This document shows, piece after piece, positions 23,770-32,849 of a stretch of DNA of 64,000 nucleotides. Position 1 is the first letter of the stretch; the number at the start of each line of letters is the position of its first letter. The position numbers and the translations under genes are program-made. The stretch comes from Armatimonadota bacterium (GTDB taxonomy: Bacteria > Armatimonadota > Zipacnadia > Zipacnadales > UBA5352), in assembly GCA_050942735.1 (NCBI GenBank), contig JBMNNW010000001.1, positions 82,535-146,534 on the forward strand. Direction: 5' to 3'. Below the pieces are notes generated by a model. It was not told the DNA's origin. It searched no databases and was given only the letters and a program-made list of their open reading frames with translations.

Positions 23770-26283
23770 GTGACAGCACCTGATGACGCGCTCAGAGAAT
23801 ACCGTGAGAAGCGCGACTTCGCCGCCACGCCCGAGCCATCGGGAAGCGGCGAGCCTTCGCCCGGCGAACCCCGCTTCGTCATCCAGCAGCATCACGCCAC
23901 CCGGATGCACTACGACCTGCGTCTTGAGATCGGCGGCGCGCTCGTCTCGTGGGCGGTGCCGAAGGGTCCCAGCTACGACCCGGACGTCAAGCGCCTCGCG
24001 ATCCGCACCGAGGATCACCCGCTCAGCTACGCCGACTTCGAGGGCGTGATCCCCGAGGGACACTACGGCGCGGGCGCGGTGATCGTCTGGGATCGTGGCA
24101 CCTGGCGGCGAGCCCACGAGGGAAAGGGGCCCGCCGAGACCGGCCTCGAGGAAGGCCACCTCGCGGTCAGATTCGACGGCGAGAAGCTGAAGGGTGACTG
24201 GGCGCTTATCCGCACGGACCGCGACGGTGATGACGACCAGTGGCTCTTCTTCAAGATGAAGGGGCCCGATGCCGACCCCGACCGTGACATCCTCGCCGAG
24301 CGCCCCGAGTCGGTCATCAGCGGACGGACCATCGACGAGCTGTCGGACAGCTCCGGCCCGGGCCCCGACCGCCTCTTCGGCGGCCTGCCCGCCGATCAGC
24401 GAGCGAACCTGCTCCGCGCCGAGCAGCCTGAGTGGATCGAGCCGATGCTCGCGACCCTCACCGATGAGCGCTTCTCCGACCCGGGCTGGATCTTTGAGCG
24501 GAAGCTCGACGGCCAGCGTTGCCTGGCATTCCGCCGCGGCGACGAGGTGCGGCTCTTCTCGCGCAATCGCAACCTCATCAACGATGCGTATCCCGAGCTT
24601 GTTGATGCCATCGCGGAGCTGGATCAGGACGACTTCGTCCTCGACGGGGAGATCGTGGCGTTCGATGAGCGAGGGCTCACGAGCTTCTCCCGGCTGCAAA
24701 GGCGGATGCACGTCGGCTCAGCAGCAAAGGCCCGCGCCACCGGCGTCGAGGTCCACTTCCTCGTCTTCGATCTGCTGCACCTTGCCGGCTACGACCTGAC
24801 CCGCGTGGACCTCATCGATCGCAGGCAGCTTCTCACGACGGCCTTCCACCTGCGCGATCCGCTCCGTCCAACCGACCATCGGCGCGAGGAGGGTGAGGCC
24901 TTCTACGAGGAGGCGTGCGAGGCGGGCTGGGAGGGGCTGATCGCGAAGAACGCCGCCTCGAAGTACACAGGCGGTCGCTCGCGCGACTGGCTCAAGTTCA
25001 AGTGCGTGCGCCGGCAGGAGTTCGTGGTGACCGGATGGACCGAGCCGGGCGGCTCACGGACGGGCTTCGGCTCGCTGCTGCTGGGGTACTACGACGATGG
25101 CGCGCTGCGGTACGCGGGGAAGGTCGGCACCGGCTTCACCGAGCAGGAGCTTCGCGGCATTCACACACAGTTGCGGGAGATCACCCGCGACGATCCACCC
25201 TTCGCGGAGGGCGAGGAACTCCCGGATGACGCCCACTACGTCGAGCCCGCGCTCGTGGCTGAGGTCGGCTTCACCGAGTGGACCGACGCGGGGACGCTGC
25301 GCCACCCCCGATTCCTCGGGCTTCGCGACGAACTTGACCCCACCGAGGTCATCCGCGAGCGCGCCGAGAGACCCTCGCCCGAACCACTGAAGCCGGTCGA
25401 ACTCTCGCACGAGATCTCGATCTCCAACGAGGAGAAGGTGCTCTTCCCCGATGCCGAGATCACGAAGGGCGAGTTCGTCGAGTACTACCGCCGGGTGGCG
25501 CCGGTGATGCTGCCGCACATCGACGGCCGGCCGCTGTCGATGATGCGATTCCCCGACGGCCCCGACGGCGAGACGTTCTTCCAGAAAGACGCGCCGGAGT
25601 ACTTTCCCGACTGGATCCCGCGCGAGGTCGTCGAGTCCGAGGGTCATGACGCGATCTCCTACGCGATCGCCGACAGCCCGGATGCCCTGGTGTACCTCGC
25701 GAACCTCGTGCCGGTGCTCCACACCTGGACGAGCCGTCGGGATCGGCTCTTCTACCCGGACCGGCTGATCTTCGACCTCGATCCGCCCGAGGGCGCGGAG
25801 TTTGCGCTGGTGATCGAGGCCGCGCGGACGATCCGCTCGCTGCTGGAAGAGATCGGGCTGTCGGCGTTCGTGATGACGACGGGCTCGCGCGGGCTGCACG
25901 TGGTGGCGCCACTGCAGCCGGAGGTCGAGGTGGACAGGGTGGCGCAGTTCGCGCAGGCTCTGGCGAGCACGGTCGCGCAGGCCGATCCCGAGCGGCTGAC
26001 GGTGGAGCATCGGAAGGCGAAGCGGCGCGGGCGGCTGCTGATCGACCCCTGGCGCAACTCGCGGTCGCAGACGTCCGTGGCGCCCTACTCGGTCCGCGCG
26101 AAGCCGGGAGCGCCTGTCGCCGCGCCGCTGGACTGGGAGGAACTCGAGGACCCGGAGATCGGTCCGCGGCGCTGGCATATCCGCAATATCCTCGATCGCC
26201 TCGCCGATCGTGGCGACCCCTGGGCCGAGATCGACCGCCACGCGAGGAGCCTCGCTGAGGTGATGGATGCGCTGACAGGTTAA
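23770..26283 (+). CDS. ligD: Multidomain ATP-dependent DNA ligase LigD (phosphoesterase - ligase - polymerase/primase)
   Basis: N-terminal PE domain (FVIQQHHATRMHYDLRLE), adenylation motif I KLDGQRC, C-terminal Pol domain (GSRGLHVVAPL...LIDPWRNSRSQTSVAPYSVRAKPGAPVAAPL). 25 bp downstream of ku. Confidence 0.95.
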   Translation: MTAPDDALREYREKRDFAATPEPSGSGEPSPGEPRFVIQQHHATRMHYDLRLEIGGALVSWAVPKGPSYDPDVKRLAIRTEDHPLSYADFEGVIPEGHYGAGAVIVWDRGTWRRAHEGKGPAETGLEEGHLAVRFDGEKLKGDWALIRTDRDGDDDQWLFFKMKGPDADPDRDILAERPESVISGRTIDELSDSSGPGPDRLFGGLPADQRANLLRAEQPEWIEPMLATLTDERFSDPGWIFERKLDGQRCLAFRRGDEVRLFSRNRNLINDAYPELVDAIAELDQDDFVLDGEIVAFDERGLTSFSRLQRRMHVGSAAKARATGVEVHFLVFDLLHLAGYDLTRVDLIDRRQLLTTAFHLRDPLRPTDHRREEGEAFYEEACEAGWEGLIAKNAASKYTGGRSRDWLKFKCVRRQEFVVTGWTEPGGSRTGFGSLLLGYYDDGALRYAGKVGTGFTEQELRGIHTQLREITRDDPPFAEGEELPDDAHYVEPALVAEVGFTEWTDAGTLRHPRFLGLRDELDPTEVIRERAERPSPEPLKPVELSHEISISNEEKVLFPDAEITKGEFVEYYRRVAPVMLPHIDGRPLSMMRFPDGPDGETFFQKDAPEYFPDWIPREVVESEGHDAISYAIADSPDALVYLANLVPVLHTWTSRRDRLFYPDRLIFDLDPPEGAEFALVIEAARTIRSLLEEIGLSAFVMTTGSRGLHVVAPLQPEVEVDRVAQFAQALASTVAQADPERLTVEHRKAKRRGRLLIDPWRNSRSQTSVAPYSVRAKPGAPVAAPLDWEELEDPEIGPRRWHIRNILDRLADRGDPWAEIDRHARSLAEVMDALTG

Positions 26284-26378
26284 GGAGGGGCAAACGCGCG
26301 AAGGTATCTGAATGCTGCGTGGTCAACCTATCACCGTTACACACAGTACTGAGAACCCTGTCCGGGAGAGCAACCGCC

Positions 26379-26558
26379 ATGAAGAAGCAGTATGACTTCC
26401 ACGCCGAGCATGCCAAGAACGCCCTCAAGCAGGCCGCGGAGAAGCTCGAGACGGTCGATCATGTCCTGATGTTCGCCCAGGTGAACGCGCAGCTCGCGAC
26501 CGCCGCGATGCTCGACCAGATCGCGCACGAACTGTCGCTGGATCGCACGAAGCGCTGA
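26379..26558 (+). CDS. Small hypothetical protein (59 aa)
   Basis: ATG 26379 preceded by GGGAGAG RBS; MKKQYDFHAEHAKNALKQAAEKLETVDHVLMFAQVNAQLATAAMLDQIAHELSLDRTKR; helical composition, no recognisable family. Confidence 0.4.
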   Translation: MKKQYDFHAEHAKNALKQAAEKLETVDHVLMFAQVNAQLATAAMLDQIAHELSLDRTKR

Positions 26559-26721
26559 TGCGATCGCCGACACGGACGGCGTTCCGCCGGTGAACGTTGC
26601 CCTTTCAGCGCAGTGAGCGGGGGCGCCGGGAGGGTGCAACTCGAGGAGTTGACCAGACCTCGCGGGCCCGGCCCTTGAGGCTGCGCGTCACGCCAATCCG
26701 TCGCTGCAGAGGAGACAACCC

Positions 26722-27480
26722 ATGTCCTTCAGCAAGTACTCAGTACGCGAGCCGGTCTATCGCGGGTGGGAGAACGCCGTCAAACTGCTGCCCGAGACGT
26801 CCATCAAGGGCTTCGAAGTCAGTGTCAGGCCCCACGATGAACTCGCCGACATCGTCGCCGCGCTGCGCGAGGTCGGCATTGAGCCGATGACCGTCGCCGG
26901 TGGCGTGAAGCTCAACGATGAGGCGTCGATCGCCGCGTACATCGGCGGCCTCGACGCCGCGCAGGCGCTCGGCATCCCGATCTTCTTCACCAGCGCCTCC
27001 GGTGAGGAGGACCTCGACGCCGCGATGGGCCTGCTGCGCGACCTCGCCGAGGAGGCCGCACGGCGCGGGATCGTCATCTCGTTGGAGACCCACCCGCCCT
27101 ACTGCGAGAACGCCGATCTCATGCTCAGGACGATGGAGGCGGTGGATCACCCGAACCTGCGAGTGAACTTCGACACCGCCAACATCTTCTTCTACAACGA
27201 GGGCCTCGACAGCGCCGACGAGCTTGAGCGCGTCATCGACTACGTGGTGAGCGTGCATCTCAAGGACACCGACGGCGGCTTCAAGTCGGGGCGCTTCCCC
27301 GTACTCGGCCTGGGCGTGGTTCAGTTTGAGCGCATCTTCGGGACGCTGGAGGCCGCGGGCTTCGACGGCCCTCTCACGCTCGAGCTTGAGGGCGAATTGA
27401 TGCGCGATCTCGACGCTCAGGGCCGCCACCAGGCGGTCATCGAGTGCATGGACTACCTGCGCTCGATCGGCGTGGCGTAA
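26722..27480 (+). CDS. Sugar phosphate isomerase/epimerase (xylose isomerase-like TIM barrel) family protein
   Basis: Family-typical blocks ...IVISLETHPPY..., ...LRVNFDTANIFF..., ...VHLKDTDGG... Confidence 0.85.
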   Translation: MSFSKYSVREPVYRGWENAVKLLPETSIKGFEVSVRPHDELADIVAALREVGIEPMTVAGGVKLNDEASIAAYIGGLDAAQALGIPIFFTSASGEEDLDAAMGLLRDLAEEAARRGIVISLETHPPYCENADLMLRTMEAVDHPNLRVNFDTANIFFYNEGLDSADELERVIDYVVSVHLKDTDGGFKSGRFPVLGLGVVQFERIFGTLEAAGFDGPLTLELEGELMRDLDAQGRHQAVIECMDYLRSIGVA

Positions 27481-27540
27481 GGCGCGGGGCGAGCAATCAC
27501 AGGGCGAGGCAGGACCGCGAGGGTCGCGGCCATGCGGCGG

Positions 27541-28053
27541 CTACGCGTCGTGCCTCGCCACCAGCTCCTTCGCGAACGCCTCCATCGGCGCCACGTAGTT
27601 CACCGGATGGTCGGCCTTCACATCACGCTCGCGCAGCGACAGAGTCTCGACCGGCTTCGCGCCGCAGTACTGCTCCAGCGCATCGAACGCTCCCTGGTCG
27701 CCAGAGCCACCCATCGTCGCCACGAACGCCACGGTGTCGAGGTCCCCGGCGAACTGCTCACAGAACGCCCGTGCCGCCGGCGCGCAGGTGAATGCCCAGA
27801 CCGGTGTCCCGATCACGACCGCATCGAAGGAAGCCACGTCGGCCTGGACCGGCTCGATCTCCGTTGGCTTTTTCAACATCGCGTCCTTCCCGCCGCGGGC
27901 GTAGCCCAGCACACCCTCGCGGTCGGTTGTATCCACGATCTCCTCGACCTGCACCTCAACCGTTTCATCCGCCGCCCGCATCACGTCCGCGATCGCGTTG
28001 CAGACCTTCTTCGTCACACCCGTGCGTGAGTAGTAGACCACCAGAGCGCGCAT
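27541..28053 (-). CDS. Flavodoxin-like protein
   Basis: MRALVVYYSRTGVTKK...FDAVVIGTPVWAF... flavodoxin FMN-binding signature; ATG at 28053 with GAGGTGG RBS; the rest of the 692-aa ORF (to 29619) is antisense to a better + gene and rejected. Confidence 0.85.
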   Translation of the reverse strand: MRALVVYYSRTGVTKKVCNAIADVMRAADETVEVQVEEIVDTTDREGVLGYARGGKDAMLKKPTEIEPVQADVASFDAVVIGTPVWAFTCAPAARAFCEQFAGDLDTVAFVATMGGSGDQGAFDALEQYCGAKPVETLSLRERDVKADHPVNYVAPMEAFAKELVARHDA

Positions 28054-28176
28054 CACAGCCACCTCCGAGCGGATCCTGTGGGCCGAACGGATACGCATTC
28101 TGCGCCGATGACCACCCCACCTGCCGGCACAAGGAATCTCGGGCCTCGCAGGTGAATACCCGCTCAGCATCCACGC

Positions 28177-29427
28177 ATGACACAACCGGGAGCACTGCCG
28201 ATGGCCGCGACATTCGCCGGGAGTGACCTTCAGATCGTCCGTGACCTCGCGCGCCGGGTGATGGAATTGGCGCGGAGCGAGGAATACGAGCGCCGCCGCG
28301 GGCGCTGGCGCGACGTCAACGAGCTTCGCAGACCCGACCGCGCGCCGGTCTGGTGTCGCGTGGCACTCGCGTGGCGTGAGATACTGCCCGAAAGCGACCT
28401 GCAGTGCGAGGACGCCACCTGCCGCAGCGTCGAGCGCGCACTGCGCCGCGACCTCTTCAAAGACTCGGTCGGCGACGACCACATCGTCGAGCCGTGGTGG
28501 GGCGTGCGCGCGGTCATCCGCCCCGAGGAGACGCCGGTCTGGGGGCTGCAGACGCGGCAGTCGATCGGCTCCACCGAGCAGGGCGGCTTCAGGTACTTCC
28601 ATCCGATCGAGACGCCCGAGGACTACGAGAGGCTGCGCGTGCCGCGCTTCTACTACGACGCCGAGGCGACGGAGCGCGCCGCCTCGCAGATGCAGGATAT
28701 CCTCGGCAACGCGATGCCCGTGCGGGTCGAGGGCTACCCGCCGCTGGTCCCGCAGCTTCAGAACTACCTCGAAGCCCTGCGCGGGATGGGGCCGATGATG
28801 GAGGACCTCGCCTTCCGGCCGGAGATGGTCCACCGCGCGATGGCGAAGCTCACCGAGGGCGTCCTCAACGGCATGCGCTGCGCCGAGGAAGCCGGGGTGC
28901 TCACCACCAACCACCATGAGCCGATGTTCTGCTCCGACCCGGTCAGCAATCCGCCGGACGAGGGGCCTGTCGGCCTGCACAACCTCTGGGTGGCCGCGAA
29001 CTCGCAGGAGTTCGACACCGTCAGTCCGCCGATGCACGAGGAATTCCTGCTCAGCTACCAGAAGGTGCTCTTCCAGAGCTTCGGCCGCGTGCAGTACGGC
29101 TGCTGCGAGAGCCTCTCGAACAAGACCGAGATCGTGCTGGGCATTCCGAACCTGCGCATCTTCGTGTGCAGCTTCTGGAGCGACCTCGAGAAGATCATCG
29201 ACGCCTGCGGGACTGACCACTGCATCATGTGGCGGCAGTCCGCGGCGCAGGTGACACTGCCGGAGACGCTCGACGAGCATCGTAAGCACCTTGAGTGGGG
29301 CCTGCAGCGCCTGCAGGGGCACCACTATCAGATCGTCCTGCGCGAGCTTGAGACACTTCGTGGCCACGAGAACCGCCTGCAGGAGTGGGCGACGCTGGCG
29401 ATCGAATTGGCGGAGAAGTGGGCGTGA
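28177..29427 (+). CDS. Conserved hypothetical protein (about 400 aa), no confident family assignment
   Basis: Protein-like composition with many aromatic and charged residues (HIVEPWWG, GFRYFHPIETPEDYERLRVPRFYYD); preferred over the overlapping minus-strand ORF. Start may be the downstream ATG (MAATFAGS). Confidence 0.6.
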   Translation: MTQPGALPMAATFAGSDLQIVRDLARRVMELARSEEYERRRGRWRDVNELRRPDRAPVWCRVALAWREILPESDLQCEDATCRSVERALRRDLFKDSVGDDHIVEPWWGVRAVIRPEETPVWGLQTRQSIGSTEQGGFRYFHPIETPEDYERLRVPRFYYDAEATERAASQMQDILGNAMPVRVEGYPPLVPQLQNYLEALRGMGPMMEDLAFRPEMVHRAMAKLTEGVLNGMRCAEEAGVLTTNHHEPMFCSDPVSNPPDEGPVGLHNLWVAANSQEFDTVSPPMHEEFLLSYQKVLFQSFGRVQYGCCESLSNKTEIVLGIPNLRIFVCSFWSDLEKIIDACGTDHCIMWRQSAAQVTLPETLDEHRKHLEWGLQRLQGHHYQIVLRELETLRGHENRLQEWATLAIELAEKWA

Positions 29428-29638
29428 GGACAGCCGTTGGAGAGGCCGGACCCCGTTCCGGTCTGTGCCGTGGCCGTGTTCCGTTCGGAGAGGTCGGACC
29501 CCGGGAGATGCACGACATCTCGCGACCTGTGCCGTATGTCCTCGGATGGCCCGCGAATAGCAAACGACACAGGCGGGAACGGGGTCCCGCTTCTCCGACG
29601 ACACACGACCGTCCGCCACACGAGGAGAACTCTCACCA

Positions 29639-30307
29639 ATGCCCTCCGAACTGCACCAGGCCCTGCAGCGCTTCTACGCGGGCGAGGACGGGGCAATCGA
29701 GGTCGAGATGGACGGGTACCGCGCGGACGCGATCCGCGACGGTGTCATCTACGAGATTCAGACGCGCTCATTTACCGCCATCCGCGACAAGCTCCACGAA
29801 CTCGCGGATGAGCACCCGGTGGTGCTCGTGCATCCGATCCCGCGCTTCAAGTGGATCGCGAAGTACGATGGCGAGACCGGTGAGGAGATCTCCTGCCGCC
29901 GCTCGCCCAAGCGCTGGCAGCCGTGCGAGGTCTTCGGCGAACTGGTCTACGCCACGAAGCTGCTCGCGCGCGAGAACATCTCGCTGGAGCTGATCGTGAT
30001 CGCCGCGCGCGAGACGCGGATCGACGACGGCAAGGGAAGCTGGCGGCGCAACGGCGAATCCATCGGCGGCCACGAGCTGCTGGCGATCCTCGAGCGCCAC
30101 CGCTTCGAGCGGCCCGCGGACCTCGCGCGGCTGCTGCCCGAGGGCCTGCCGGAGCAGTTCACGGTCGCGGACATCCGCGAGTGTGGCGGCATCCGCAAGC
30201 GCCTCGCCGGCAGGATCGCCTACGTGCTGCGCGAAGTCGGCGCGATTGAGCAGGTGGGCAAGCAAGGCAGGGCGTATCTCTACGAGCGAGGGGAAGGGTG
30301 CAGATGA
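29639..30307 (+). CDS. Hypothetical protein; N-terminal segment with possible PD-(D/E)xK-like nuclease core and C-terminal winged-helix-like segment
   Basis: EVEMDGYRADAIRDGVIYEIQT (Asp ... Glu-x-Gln) reminiscent of restriction-endonuclease fold; C-terminal GxxKRLAGRIAYVLREVGAIEQVGKQGRAYLY resembles a wHTH. Assignment speculative. Confidence 0.5.
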   Translation: MPSELHQALQRFYAGEDGAIEVEMDGYRADAIRDGVIYEIQTRSFTAIRDKLHELADEHPVVLVHPIPRFKWIAKYDGETGEEISCRRSPKRWQPCEVFGELVYATKLLARENISLELIVIAARETRIDDGKGSWRRNGESIGGHELLAILERHRFERPADLARLLPEGLPEQFTVADIRECGGIRKRLAGRIAYVLREVGAIEQVGKQGRAYLYERGEGCR

Positions 30308-31362
30308 CATCGAAAGAGCGCGTACTCGCCGCCTGCCGCCACGAGGAGACCGACCGCGTTCCGCTGCAGATCTACCTCACGCCCGAGGTGCGCGCTGCGC
30401 TGCTTGAGCACTTCGGCGAGCGCGATCTGCTGGAGGCGCTGGGGATCGACCTCCGGCACGTCGGCGCGCCCTACACAGGCGAGTGCAGACCGGGGCCGGG
30501 CCTGCCCGGCGAGGCCGATCACTACGACGTCTGGGGCGTCGGCTACACGAACACGCAGTACCAGGGCGGCGCGTACCCGGAGGCCACCGAGCTTCCCTTC
30601 GCGCGGATTGACAGCCTCGACGAGGTCCAGGCCTACCCGTGGCCGAGCGCGGACGACTACGACTACTCGGGCCTGCGCGAGCGGGCGGGGGCGGTGGGGG
30701 AACACGCCGTGGTCTTCGGCGGCGCGGGGATCCCGGACATCGTCAACGGCGTCTCCCGTGGGCGCGGGATGGAGCGTGTGCTCGTGGATATCATGACGGG
30801 GGACCCGGTCGGCCTGGCGATCATCGACCGGCGCGTCGAGCACTACTACGAGCATTGCCGTCGGGGTCTCGAAGCCGCCGGTGGCGCGATCGACATCCTG
30901 CACCTCGGCGAGGACTGCGGCCAGCAGGGTGGGCGGCTCTTCCCGCCGAAGGTCTTCGACGGGTTCTTCGTCCCGCGGATCAAACCGTTCATCGACCTCG
31001 CCCACGAGCACGACTGCCTCGCGATGCTGCACTCCTGCGGCGACACCCACGAGATTATGCCCACGTTCATCGAGATGGGTCTCGATATCCTCGACGCCAT
31101 GCAGCCCGAGCCGGAGGGGATGGACCCTGCCACGATCAAGCGGGAGTACGGCGCGGACCTCACGTTCTGCGGGCTGGTGAGCACCCAGCGCACCCTCCCG
31201 CACGGCTCGCCTGAGGATGTGCGCCGCGAGGTGCGAGACCGCATCGAGGTGATGGGCGCGGGCGGCGGCTACATCCTCGCCCCCGCGCACTGCATCCAGC
31301 CGGACACGCCGCTTGAGAACGTGCTGGCGATGTATGACGAGGCGCTCAGTTTCCGCCCGTGA
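30298..31362 (+). CDS. Uroporphyrinogen decarboxylase (URO-D) family protein (MtaA/CmuA-like TIM barrel)
   Basis: N-terminal ...ERVLAACRHEETDRVP... and C-terminal GGGYILAPAHCIQPDTPLENVLAMYDEA typical of URO-D family. Confidence 0.85.
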   Translation: MQMTSKERVLAACRHEETDRVPLQIYLTPEVRAALLEHFGERDLLEALGIDLRHVGAPYTGECRPGPGLPGEADHYDVWGVGYTNTQYQGGAYPEATELPFARIDSLDEVQAYPWPSADDYDYSGLRERAGAVGEHAVVFGGAGIPDIVNGVSRGRGMERVLVDIMTGDPVGLAIIDRRVEHYYEHCRRGLEAAGGAIDILHLGEDCGQQGGRLFPPKVFDGFFVPRIKPFIDLAHEHDCLAMLHSCGDTHEIMPTFIEMGLDILDAMQPEPEGMDPATIKREYGADLTFCGLVSTQRTLPHGSPEDVRREVRDRIEVMGAGGGYILAPAHCIQPDTPLENVLAMYDEALSFRP

Positions 31363-31374
31363 GGAGGCGCCTGG

Positions 31375-32823
31375 ATGTTCCGCCTGCCGCCGGTAGTCGC
31401 GTTGATCCTGCTTGCAGCCGAGGTGATGGCGATGGTCCCTGCCGAGCCGGTCGAGATCGGACACGAGCCGCAGTATTTCGTCGATGACTGGCTGGTTGAC
31501 AACCGCTGGGGGAACCGCTCGAGTCAGAACGTGGTGCGGGCGTTCCATCAGCCGGTGAAGCACGCGGGCAATCCGCTCATCGCGGGCCGCGGCGGCTACG
31601 TGCAGGTGCTGCGCGACCCCGACGGCGGCATCTTCCGCATGTGGTATCAGACGCATGCGTATGTTCCGGATGAGGACGGAAATACCCCGCGCATCCCGCG
31701 CTACGCGGTCGGGTACGCCGAGTCGGAGGACGGCCTCGCGTGGGAGTTGCCGGAGATCGGTCTGCACGAGTGGCCGGACGGTGCGGGCAACATCGTCTGG
31801 ACCGGCCACGACGGACGCCGCGCCTCCAGTCCGCACATCATCGACGTGCCGGATGAGGCGCGCAGAGGCTACCGCCATGTGATGTCGTACACCGGCATGG
31901 GCGGCCTGCACCTCGTGGGCTCCGATGACGGCATCCACTGGGACCCCGAGAGCGTCATGCGCATCGCGGGCTTCCACTCCGACACGCACAACACGATCGT
32001 CTGGGACGAACGGCGGCAGGAGTTCGTGCTCTTCTGCCGCGCCAAGGAACGCTACGCCGACGGCGGCGAGCTGCGCGACACCGGCCGGCCGCGACGCGTG
32101 GCCAGCCTCCGGTCGCCCGAACTGTGGACAGACTGGCTCGCCGACCGCCACCCGAGCATGATCCTCATCCCGGACGAACTCGACCTCGCGCGCGGCACCA
32201 ACTTCTTCTACGGCATGCCGGTCTTTCGCCACGCCGGAATCTACTGGGGCGCGCTGTGGCCCTTCAGGATGAACTCGGACATCATGACCGAGCTTGCCTT
32301 CAGCCGCGACGGGGTGAACTTCGAGCGGCTGCCGACTCGCCCGCTGCTGATCGATCTCGGTGCGGAGGGAGCGTGGGACGGAGGCATGGTCTTCGGCGGT
32401 GTGGGCTGGGTGGAGGTCGGTGACGAGTGGTGGCTCTACTACGGCGGCCACGACGGCCCGCACGGCAGCGCCGACCGCACCGCCGGGATCGGCCTGACCA
32501 TGATCCGCAGGGGCGGCTTCGTCTCGCTCCGCGGCCCCGATGACGGCGGGGTCGTCGTCACGCGGCAGATCCGCTGGCCGGGCGGCGACCTCGTCCTCAA
32601 CGCCGACGCAAGCGACGGGGAGATCGCGGTCCGGGTATCCGACGGTCTTCGGAAGCCTGTCGAGGGATATGACTACGATGACGGCGAAGCGTTCAGCGGA
32701 GACAGCGTCGCGCACACCGTGCGCTGGGGCGCGCGCTCGCTGGACGCGCTGGCCGGAGAGGTGATCCGGCTGGAGATCGCGCTGCGAGGCGCCGATCTCT
32801 TCAGCATCCAGGCCGCACAGTGA
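31375..32823 (+). CDS. Secreted five-bladed beta-propeller glycoside hydrolase-like protein (GH43/GH32/GH130-like clan)
   Basis: Signal peptide; GNPLIAG, RDPDGGIFRMWYQ, WDGGMVFGG, EWWLYYGG blocks typical of the beta-fructosidase/arabinanase propeller superfamily. Confidence 0.7.
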   Translation: MFRLPPVVALILLAAEVMAMVPAEPVEIGHEPQYFVDDWLVDNRWGNRSSQNVVRAFHQPVKHAGNPLIAGRGGYVQVLRDPDGGIFRMWYQTHAYVPDEDGNTPRIPRYAVGYAESEDGLAWELPEIGLHEWPDGAGNIVWTGHDGRRASSPHIIDVPDEARRGYRHVMSYTGMGGLHLVGSDDGIHWDPESVMRIAGFHSDTHNTIVWDERRQEFVLFCRAKERYADGGELRDTGRPRRVASLRSPELWTDWLADRHPSMILIPDELDLARGTNFFYGMPVFRHAGIYWGALWPFRMNSDIMTELAFSRDGVNFERLPTRPLLIDLGAEGAWDGGMVFGGVGWVEVGDEWWLYYGGHDGPHGSADRTAGIGLTMIRRGGFVSLRGPDDGGVVVTRQIRWPGGDLVLNADASDGEIAVRVSDGLRKPVEGYDYDDGEAFSGDSVAHTVRWGARSLDALAGEVIRLEIALRGADLFSIQAAQ

Positions 32824-32849
32824 CGTGTCGGATGAGAGGGGTGCGAGAG

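Noticed and set aside
23725-26428. Three long minus-strand ORFs (23725..24711, 25054..26241, 25460..26428) antisense to ligD
   Set aside because: LigD domains are unambiguous on + strand; antisense frames are Arg/Pro/Ala-rich.
28054-29619. Upstream 520 codons of the 692-aa minus ORF that ends as the flavodoxin
   Set aside because: Flavodoxin begins at ATG 28053 with its own RBS; the extension is antisense to the better + gene 28177..29427.
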